Assembly (NCBI GenBank): GCA_963848135.1
Contig: CAWKCK010000017.1
Location: 1,198,538-1,218,537, forward strand
Source of the DNA: an uncultured delta proteobacterium
Lineage (GTDB): Bacteria; Desulfobacterota; Desulfobacteria; Desulfobacterales; SG8-13
DNA: 20,000 bases
Direction: 5' to 3'
Positions 9,007-16,467 of the stretch are shown here, in pieces. The notes beneath the pieces are model-generated. The model ran no database searches and was not told where the DNA came from. It saw only the letters and a list, made by a program, of their open reading frames with translations. Within the stretch, counting starts at the first letter, position 1, and every line of letters begins with the position of its first letter. The position numbers and the translations under genes were made by a program.

Positions 9007-9107
9007 GTCGGGGTTGCCGCAGCTACAAGGAAGATGTCGTTCCGCTATAGTCAGCTATGCGGAACGGCATATGACGCCTTAGAGGCGGCAAGATCGGCAA
9101 TCCCGAC
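9007..9107 (+). ncRNA. Putative structured RNA or leader (three-stem junction), unassigned
   Basis: P1 GTCGGGGTTGCCG/CGGCAATCCCGAC; P2 ATGTCGTTCCGC/GCGGAACGGCAT; P3 CGCCT-TAG-AGGCG. The non-Watson-Crick pairs are G-U on the + strand. Confidence 0.45.
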
Positions 9108-9109
9108 GG

Positions 9110-9186
9110 GTTTCAAATTTTAAAATCAAACTTTGTTAGAATTCCTTATAAATAAAGCAGTTCCCCCTCCATTTAAAATTTGAAAC
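9110..9186. repeat. 15-bp perfect inverted repeat enclosing 47 bp
   Basis: GTTTCAAATTTTAAA (9110-9124) / TTTAAAATTTGAAAC (9172-9186). Confidence 0.7.
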
Positions 9187-9313
9187 GCTCACTTTAGGTG
9201 AAAATAATATTAAAGTTTACCCGACATGTTCTTGACCTCCAGATCGATATAAATACTGATCTGTCTCCTTTGCTAAGACGCTACTAAATCTCCTTCCGTT
9301 TCCTCCTGCTGGA

Positions 9314-9820
9314 GAGAGCCGTCGAAGTCTTGAGAACCGAGCTCTGGAAGACAAGATCCGCGTCTTTCATGCCGCCAGTCACGGCATCTACGGATCACCC
9401 AAGATTCACCGGGATCTTATCGATGATGGCGTGCGATGCGGTAAAAACCGTGTCGCCCGAATCATGCGTGAAGCCGGTATCCGGTCTCGGACCAAAAAGA
9501 AATTCAAAGCGACGACCAACTCCCGGCACAACCTGCCGGTAGCGCCAAACCTGCTGAACCAGGATTTCACTGTGGATGCTCCTGACCGTACTTGGGTTAG
9601 CGATATTACCTACATCCATACCGAGAAAGGATGGCTATATCTGGCCGTGCTGCTGGATCTGTTCAACCGCGAGATCGTCGGTTGGGCAACCTCATCTCGG
9701 ATGACCCGCCAACTGGCGATTGATGCACTGCAGATGGCTCTTGGCCGTCGAACTCCTGCACAGGGCTTGATTCACCACTCGGATCGGGGCAGTCAATACG
9801 CTTCCGGCGATTATCAAACA
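9314..9820 (+). mobile_element. IS3-family transposase OrfB internal remnant (pseudogene)
   Basis: ESRRSLENRALEDKIR...YGSPKIHRDL...RVARIMRE, PVAPNLLNQDF, WVSDITY and HHSDRGSQY; homology stops at about DYQ, before the third DDE residue; no OrfA or TIRs seen. Confidence 0.9.
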
Positions 9821-9979
9821 GCAATTGGTTCGTTTTACGCAAAAACGAAAAATCAAAAATTGGCAATTTTTAACCCTTAACTTTCTTGGTTAAAAACATG
9901 AAACAAGGTTTTGGGAAGATGCCAAAATGCCTCTGGGGAATATTTTGTCCTTCATAGAGGCCTCTTTTCAGCTTTACCA

Positions 9980-10023
9980 GGAATCTATTCGGTATTTAAC
10001 CAGATCGCGGTATAGATTGGAGG
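9980..10023 (+). repeat. Intergenic repeat family B, short degenerate copy
   Basis: GGAATCTATTCGGTATTTAACCAGATCG resembles 19752 GGAATATTTCCTTATCTTAGCCAGATCG; ends ATAGATTGGAGG, like 14524 ATAGTTGGAGG. Confidence 0.35.
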
Positions 10024-10032
10024 GCTGATAAA

Positions 10033-10518
10033 ATGAAAACGATATTGGTTTCTCTGGCCTTAGTCGGCTTCGGTATTTTCTTCACCACAAAATCATATCC
10101 AACATGTTTAAACAGATATAATGATAAAAATTGTGAAAGTAATCTAAATTACTACCTATCCCAATACTTTCACATTGCCGCCGACATTATTATATACCCC
10201 AAAGTCCTCAATCTCAAAAGCAAACGCAAAACAATTATATCAGGGATCAGGTTGCATGACGGGTATGATCCTCATGACATTGACGGGGATTCCATCGAAT
10301 TATCCGTTCAGTCCTGCGTGGTCTGCAAAATAATCTATCCGGATTGTGGGTATCCTTCGCACGGGCGCTACATCTCCGTTTTCCCACGACCGGGCCTGAT
10401 TGATGATATCGAGACCGTCGCGCTTGAATTTCCTACCAAGTTAGAGCTAAAAATAACCGGTGAGCTAAAGGACGGGACCCCCTTTGAGGGGTTGGATATT
10501 ATTTGGGTTGTCAAATGA
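10033..10518 (+). CDS. Hypothetical exported protein with a conserved uncharacterised beta-type domain
   Basis: N-terminal hydrophobic signal; P..LNLKSK...GYD..DID...ITGELKDGTPFEG.D.I.V pattern that I recall from C-termini of large surface proteins; GGAGG RBS. Confidence 0.7.
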   Translation: MKTILVSLALVGFGIFFTTKSYPTCLNRYNDKNCESNLNYYLSQYFHIAADIIIYPKVLNLKSKRKTIISGIRLHDGYDPHDIDGDSIELSVQSCVVCKIIYPDCGYPSHGRYISVFPRPGLIDDIETVALEFPTKLELKITGELKDGTPFEGLDIIWVVK

Positions 10519-10738
10519 AAATAGTGCAAAGAAAAATAGACCAAGGTCGATGCAACGATGCAAGTTTCTTTTCCCTAATTCATGACTTATGCCAAGGCGT
10601 TGTTGATCGCCTGTTTTTCGCTTTCGTTTAACGCACGAAACTTTTCAGTCTATCGGATCCACCGCAGTGTAACCCATTGTTCTTGAATTGAATAATTTTA
10701 TATATGTCTTCGGTTGGACAGATCAAATTCATTCTCGG

Positions 10739-10825
10739 TAGGAGATACGCCCATCATAAAGGAAATATTCCCACTAAAATGTATGTTTCCCTCTATTGAA
10801 AAACCTTAGAGAGCAAATATATACA
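10739..10825 (+). promoter_or_regulatory. Promoter module copy 2, upstream of the PilZ gene
   Basis: CGCCC 10748, TTCCC 10768, TTCCC 10787; TTGAAA 10796-10801; TATATA/TATACA at 10818-10825. Confidence 0.5.
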
Positions 10826-10997
10826 TGTTTATTGGAAGTTACCTCAAATCGGGGCCATCAGTAAATCCATGCCGGTGATTTTTGACAATCTTTTCAGAAG
10901 TGTTCCTTCTGAATTAAGCGTCGTGAATCGTCGGTAGTTAGACTATCATAGTGGCTCTCGTATCGATGACGGCGGACAAGTGTAGCGAGGTCAAATA

Positions 10998-11501
10998 ATG
11001 GAGTCAGAGACAAGACGGAAATATCCACGCCTCCCTGGTCAAATTTCAATTTTGTATGCAGGATATGACTCTGGGGGTTATGATAAAGCCATAATGCTTA
11101 ATAGCTGTCCGGATGGAATGTATTTTAAATCGGACTCGCCTGTTCAGCCACAATGTGATCTTTACATCAAAATCCAGGATCACCGGCGAGGGAGTTACGT
11201 GCCAGATCAGTATAAGGCTTTTCGAGCCAAGGTGAAATGGTGCCACAAGGTAAGGGGCGATAAGGTTCCGTGCTATGGCATTGGCGTTCAATACACAGCC
11301 AAGAGTCATCTCTCATACGGTATAAATTGTACCAACTCCGACTGTCTTTGCGATTTATGTGAGAAGCGATCCCCTACCAAATCGATCCATCGAACTGAAA
11401 CCGGACTGCAGTTGTGCCCCGATTGCTTAGAACATATGGAGACACTTTCCCGCTCCATGGTAGAATCTGTAGAGCGTTTTTTATTAAGAAACGTGGTTTA
11501 A
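10998..11501 (+). CDS. PilZ domain protein with C-terminal C4 zinc finger
   Basis: RKYPR (RxxxR), NSCPDG (D/NxSxxG-like), AKVKWC and GIGVQY; then CDLC-x18-CPDC; GAGGT RBS. Confidence 0.82.
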   Translation: MESETRRKYPRLPGQISILYAGYDSGGYDKAIMLNSCPDGMYFKSDSPVQPQCDLYIKIQDHRRGSYVPDQYKAFRAKVKWCHKVRGDKVPCYGIGVQYTAKSHLSYGINCTNSDCLCDLCEKRSPTKSIHRTETGLQLCPDCLEHMETLSRSMVESVERFLLRNVV

Positions 11502-11550
11502 TTGACACAGTTCATCGCAACAAATTTAGTGAATAAGGAGAGAATGACCT

Positions 11551-11853
11551 ATGGAAATGACATCAATCGCAAAAGATTTTATTGGCCTACAAAAACAAGC
11601 TTTCAATAATTTTTTCGACGCCGTGGCACTTATCCAAGACCAGACTGAAATAACGAACAGATTTTTTACCAAACAAATGCGTATCAGTGATGAAGCGCAA
11701 AGTTATGTCGATCAATGCCGAATGATTTTCAAGGATGGGCGTGACGAATCCCGAAGACTTGTCATTGAAAGCATCACTAACATGGAGAACTTTTGCGACG
11801 CTTTAGGATCGAATAGACGAATCGAAAAGAATATTGGCGCTTCAAAACCTTAA
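11551..11853 (+). CDS. Phasin-like helical protein (deltaproteobacterial type)
   Basis: IAKDFIGLQKQAFNNFFDAVALIQDQTE...FKDGRDE resembles the Desulfobacterales phasin-like family as I recall it; AAGGAG RBS. Confidence 0.65.
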   Translation: MEMTSIAKDFIGLQKQAFNNFFDAVALIQDQTEITNRFFTKQMRISDEAQSYVDQCRMIFKDGRDESRRLVIESITNMENFCDALGSNRRIEKNIGASKP

Positions 11854-12107
11854 CTGCCGTAAACTCCTTGAAGTGTTTGATACCCCGATAAAAGGTCTAT
11901 AAAAAACAAACGATCAGAGGTGATTGTCAAAAGCGATATCCATTAAAGTCGCCTTTTTACAGTACTGCATGCCTTAGTGTGGTCGCCAGAATGTAAGCCT
12001 TACCGTGCGAGATACTTACCAATTTATCTAACATAAATTACCCAAATCCGAAAAGTAAGAACAACGATTAACCGCAATTTTGATCGTACCTCAAACTTTT
12101 GGGTTAG

Positions 12108-12171
12108 CCTAACCATAACCTTCGAAAATCCTCAAAATCTGAACTTTCATGAGCTGGAAAGAAATCGTAAC
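12108..12171 (+). repeat. Intergenic repeat family A, copy 2
   Basis: CCTAACCATAACCTTCGAAAATCCTCAAAATCTGAACTT...TGGAAAGAAATCGTAAC aligns with 5672-5734. Confidence 0.75.
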
Positions 12172-12514
12172 ATTTCATCACACCGGTAACTTAACAATAC
12201 CCTTTGCAATAATATAAAGTTGGCGATATTAGAAGTATGTGATGTATCCACGATTTCCGATTATCATAGATGTCATATAGGCCATAGGCAGGTTTTTAAA
12301 GAAGACACGGGTTTGCTCATTCAGTAGGTTGCAGCGACCACATTAAGGTTTTAAATACAGCATTGTATTTTCTGCATAATTGATTCTATGATAAGCGCAA
12401 TGCTAAAATATAAATTATCAAAACATAAGTGATGTTCTCATGCATTGATACCGAAACCCTGTTTCTCAATCGAGAGGCGGATTTTTTGGTTCGTGTCCGA
12501 GGGGGGTGGATGTT

Positions 12515-13165
12515 ATGAAAAATTTAACTTTGTTCATAAAATTAATTTCATTTCAGCTTGTATCAGCATGCATAGTGTCAAACCTTGTGTTACCGGCTCC
12601 AGTTTTTTCGGCGGAGACTTCCCAGGCCTTTAGGCATGAAAACGGTCTCCAGACCTATGTCCCCCCCGAGTGGTTTCTAAGAGGATACTTCATTGCCAGT
12701 GAAAAAAAACCAAAGTACGTTTTTGGTACGGTTCAGGATTTTGCAGATACGCTTGGTGACACAACCACGTGGTTGATCGAGGACTTGGAGTTAGAACGGC
12801 TGAAAGCGGCCTCTGCTGATGGTAAGAAAATCGAATATTCGCTCTTTCTTGAAGCGGTTTTAACTGATAGCACAGAATACTGGGTTTTCGTAGTGCTGCC
12901 CTATGAAAGTGCGCAGGCGTGGTACGATGCGAGGCGAGCCTATCACGGAAGAAAAGCCGATGAATATTACGGAGAAGCCCGAAGTGAGATTGAACGTGCA
13001 TTGAATCAAGGATTTAACATTAACGCTGAGCTTCGCTTTTGGATAGAGAACGGAGAGACCAACCTGCAGGTCCCCGAGGACGTAATCGTAAGCAAATACA
13101 ACATTAAACCGGTTTTCGATCTCGGCACGGGCCGCCGGATAGCGCCGGCAGCTAAAATTGAGTAA
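12515..13165 (+). CDS. Hypothetical exported protein
   Basis: ATG 12515 after GAGGGGGGTGGA; signal-peptide-like N-terminus ending VFS-AE; 26 bp upstream of the AKR gene. The ORF track gives an alternative GTG start at 12506. Confidence 0.75.
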   Translation: MKNLTLFIKLISFQLVSACIVSNLVLPAPVFSAETSQAFRHENGLQTYVPPEWFLRGYFIASEKKPKYVFGTVQDFADTLGDTTTWLIEDLELERLKAASADGKKIEYSLFLEAVLTDSTEYWVFVVLPYESAQAWYDARRAYHGRKADEYYGEARSEIERALNQGFNINAELRFWIENGETNLQVPEDVIVSKYNIKPVFDLGTGRRIAPAAKIE

Positions 13166-13191
13166 CTCGGAATTCAAGGAGGGTATAAATC

Positions 13192-14424
13192 ATGCCATTC
13201 AATGAGAATAAATCTGATAAATCTAATCGCCGGGATTTCCTAAAAAAAGCAGCTAATATAGGATTGGGGATTGCGGCGAGCGGTGCCGTTCTCCGGTCGC
13301 CCCGTCCGGCATCAGCTCAGATCACCCTTCCCAATACGCCAGTACCCCGCAGACCTTTCGGCCGGTCGGGCACAAAGGTCTCTACACTTTCGCTTGGCGG
13401 GATGTTTGACATATTGAATAATCGACTAATGCTTGCCAAAGCGCTTGAGTGGGGAATCGACTATTGGGACACTGCTGAAGTATACGGTGGGGGTCGCAGT
13501 GAAGAGGGCATCGGTCGCTGGTTCGCTAGGTATCCTGATAGCCGCAAACAAGTGTTTCTGGTGACCAAGCTTTCACTGAGAAAAGGTAGCGATTTTACGC
13601 CCCGGCTTGAAGCATGTTTGAAACGGCTCCATACCGATTATGTTGATCTTCTCTTTGTGCATGGCATCAGAGGCATTGGTGATATGCCTCCCCACCTGGA
13701 ATCTTGGTCCCAAGCAATGAAAAAGGCTGGCAAGTTGAGGTTGTTCGGTTTTAGCACACATGCCAATATGGAAGACTGCCTTGAGGGGGCCGCTCGGCTA
13801 CCGTGGATAGACGGCATCATGTTTACCTATAACTACCGCCTGATGCATGAGAATCGAATGAAAGCGGCAGTTGAGGCCTGCTACCAAGCCGGTATCGGTC
13901 TCACTGCAATGAAAACCCAAGGCGGCGGTCCAGTCATGAGTGATTCCGATGCTGAGTTAGAAATGGCAGGCCGCTTTATGCAGAAAGGATTTACACACCA
14001 TCAAGCAAAACTAATGGCTATTTGGGAAGATAAACGTATCGCGAGCATTTGCTCTCAGATGCCCAATCTCACCATTTTGGCAACCAACGCGGTTGCAGCA
14101 GTCGATCAAACCCACCTTTCACAGTTCGACCGTAACTTGCTGGTTAAATACGATCGGGAAACTTGCAGTGACTACTGCGCTGGATGCGGTCGTCTTTGTT
14201 CAGAAGCGCTTGATGATAGGGTGCCCATAAACGATGTCATGCGCTGCCTGATGTACGCTCATTCTTACCAGGATTTAATGCTGGCACGTTCCACATTCGA
14301 AATGCTACCGTTTCAAACAAAGGCGCTCTTGACTCAGCTGGACTTTAGTGCAGCGGAACGGTCGTGCCCCCGAAACTTGCCGATTGGACGGATGATGCGA
14401 GAGGCGAGTAAACTTTTGACTTGA
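13192..14424 (+). CDS. Tat-signal aldo/keto reductase with C-terminal Fe-S cysteine motif
   Basis: NRRDFLK twin-arginine motif; AKR tetrad in WDTAEVY, LVTK and FVHG; CAGCGRLC...C...CP; AAGGAGG RBS. Confidence 0.9.
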   Translation: MPFNENKSDKSNRRDFLKKAANIGLGIAASGAVLRSPRPASAQITLPNTPVPRRPFGRSGTKVSTLSLGGMFDILNNRLMLAKALEWGIDYWDTAEVYGGGRSEEGIGRWFARYPDSRKQVFLVTKLSLRKGSDFTPRLEACLKRLHTDYVDLLFVHGIRGIGDMPPHLESWSQAMKKAGKLRLFGFSTHANMEDCLEGAARLPWIDGIMFTYNYRLMHENRMKAAVEACYQAGIGLTAMKTQGGGPVMSDSDAELEMAGRFMQKGFTHHQAKLMAIWEDKRIASICSQMPNLTILATNAVAAVDQTHLSQFDRNLLVKYDRETCSDYCAGCGRLCSEALDDRVPINDVMRCLMYAHSYQDLMLARSTFEMLPFQTKALLTQLDFSAAERSCPRNLPIGRMMREASKLLT

Positions 14425-14461
14425 CCGGGTGAACGGCAGCCTGTTTCTATTTTCATGAACC

Positions 14462-14531
14462 TATCATCTGGTCGATTCGCTTGATATAGCCGGATCCTAT
14501 CGTCATCGATGGTACGATTTCCAATAGTTGG
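14462..14531 (+). repeat. Intergenic repeat family B, copy 1
   Basis: 14462-14492 is 28/31 identical to 18320-18350; 14487-14531 is 36/45 identical to 19769-19813 (manual, ungapped). Confidence 0.8.
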
Positions 14532-14659
14532 AGGATCGGCAAGAAGGCCCGAACTCTATGAAGTCCTTTTTATATGGGATATTTTTTAAAATAGAATTAC
14601 ATTAAGTATAACAGGTTCTGTATAATACCTGTTCGAGAACCAGACGATTGAGGACAAAA

Positions 14660-15775
14660 ATGGGTATTGAACAAAGAGTCAACCCTCGGAGCACGATATC
14701 CGAGAGGCAGAGCCAGGCGCACATGCTGGGGCACGGCTTCTATAACAAACACTCGCAAGAACAGGGCATGGTGAATCGCTATTGCTTGCCTCTCTTGGCT
14801 GATGCTGTGAACACAATTGACGTCGAGCAAACCGCTGACCATTTTCGCATAGCTGATTATGGCTCAGCTCAAGGGCGCAATTCGCTTTTGCCGATCAAAA
14901 CCGCGATAGCAAAAGTTAAGTTGCGTTGGAATCCCCTCCCTCCTATTACAGTCATCCACACTGATCTGCCGACGAATGATTGGACGACTTTGTTCCAAAC
15001 GGTGCTCACTTCGACCGATAGTTACCTTGTCGGCGAGACAAACGTGTTCGCTTTTGCCAGCGGTATTTCCGTCTACAGTGAAATCTTTCCACCGAACTAC
15101 ATTGCACTCGGTTATTCCGCCATCGTCGAACACTGGCTAAGCCACAAACCAACCAACATAACTGATCATATATGGACGGCTCGCACCATAGGGAAGGAGC
15201 ACGATGCTTGGGCGGCGCGGGCCAAAGACGATTGGTACAACTTTTTACGCTTTCGCGCGGTAGAATTGATTCCGTCGGGACGCTTAGTGATTGTGGGGAG
15301 TGGGGCTGATCCTGAAGGCAACAGCGGTGCGGAGGCGCTCCTTGATCTGGTGAACGATATCCTTCAATCAATGGTAACAAAGGGCGAATTGCTCGCCGAT
15401 GAGTATGCACAAATGGCAATCCCGACCTACTATCGGGTCGAGAAAGAGTGGCGCGAACCGTTCAAGGATTCGGAGTTTATCCAAGGGAATCCGCTCAGAC
15501 TGCTGCGTTATGAAGAATTCGCCTTGGACGATGTCTATCTCGCGCAATATGAGCAGACCGGCGATGCCGTCGCTTTCGCCAAGGAATATGCCGCCTTTTT
15601 CCTGGCCGCTTTTGAACCGTCGCTGTTCGTCAGTTTGCGTGAAGACCGAGATGATCTGAACAAACAGCGCATCAGCGAGATCTTTTCGAAACAATTACAG
15701 ACTGCGCTGGCCCAAGACCCATCGAAGTATTCCGCGCGGTGGTGGCTGGCGGTAATGGTGATTGCAAAGAGATAA
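14660..15775 (+). CDS. SAM-dependent carboxyl methyltransferase (SABATH / Methyltransf_7 family)
   Basis: M.G.G.YN.HS, IADYGSAQGRNS, DLPTNDWTTLF, HWLS..P, FLRFRAVELIPSGRLV and PTYYR match SABATH motifs; GAGGA RBS favours ATG 14660. Confidence 0.88.
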   Translation: MGIEQRVNPRSTISERQSQAHMLGHGFYNKHSQEQGMVNRYCLPLLADAVNTIDVEQTADHFRIADYGSAQGRNSLLPIKTAIAKVKLRWNPLPPITVIHTDLPTNDWTTLFQTVLTSTDSYLVGETNVFAFASGISVYSEIFPPNYIALGYSAIVEHWLSHKPTNITDHIWTARTIGKEHDAWAARAKDDWYNFLRFRAVELIPSGRLVIVGSGADPEGNSGAEALLDLVNDILQSMVTKGELLADEYAQMAIPTYYRVEKEWREPFKDSEFIQGNPLRLLRYEEFALDDVYLAQYEQTGDAVAFAKEYAAFFLAAFEPSLFVSLREDRDDLNKQRISEIFSKQLQTALAQDPSKYSARWWLAVMVIAKR

Positions 15776-15870
15776 TTGGCAGCATGATGACTCTTGGAAA
15801 TCGGCTTGTTGCCACCCGAAACAGAAGGCCTCTAACAATGCAAATTCAGGAATCATTGAAAAGACTGTGA

Positions 15871-15912
15871 TAGCCAGATCATATCCTTATAAAATTCTCA
15901 AAATCTGAAAAT
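15871..15912 (+). repeat. Intergenic repeat family A, copy 3 (begins with the family B core)
   Basis: TAGCCAGATCATATCCTTATAAAATTCTCAAAATCTGAAAAT; first 15 nt are 14/15 identical to 19769-19783. Confidence 0.75.
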
Positions 15913-15936
15913 TGCGATTATGACAAGCCGGCAATA

Positions 15937-15985
15937 GCATTGACCCACCCACAAGTTCCATATAGTTTAAATATATCGGAAAGTG
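15937..15985 (+). promoter_or_regulatory. Sigma70-like promoter upstream of flavin reductase, duplicated at 19835
   Basis: TTGACC 15940-15945 ... TATAGT/TAGTTT 15961-15968; similar to 19835-19888. Confidence 0.5.
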
Positions 15986-16467
15986 AGTAATCTTCGATCT
16001 TATCCAAGTATGGTCAATATTTCATGATTTAACAAATCCTCAAAAGAATACGGAATGGAGATTCTTCAATGGGGAAGGTTCAAGCAGATTTCAAAACACT
16101 ACGTTATCCGTTACCGATAACTCTTGTCGGTGCTATCGTAAAAGGGAAACCAAACTTTTTAACCATTGGCTACTTTGCCATCCTCAGCCATTTGCCACCT
16201 ATTGTCTCAGTAACATTATACAAAAACCATTATACTGTAAAAGGAATCAAAGAAAACGGTGCATTCAGCGTAAATATTCCATCTGCTGACATGGTGAAAA
16301 TAACGGACTACTGCGGAATAGCTTCTGGGCGGAAAGTGGACAAATCGAACCTTTTTAAATCCTTTTATGGTCTGCTCAACACCGTACCGATGATCGAGGA
16401 ATGTCCATTGAATATTGAATGTAAGTTATTTCAATCTATAGATACCGGCAACAACTTAATATTTTTA

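Noticed and set aside
9110..9186. GTTTCAA...TTGAAAC ends resembling a CRISPR repeat
   Set aside because: Single inverted pair, no regularly spaced direct repeats and no cas genes.
12026..12109. ATCTAAC...GTTAGCC resembling an integron attC (also TCTAAC at 15831)
   Set aside because: L-box spacing and complementarity do not fit attC, no paired R' for the 15831 site, and no intI in the window.
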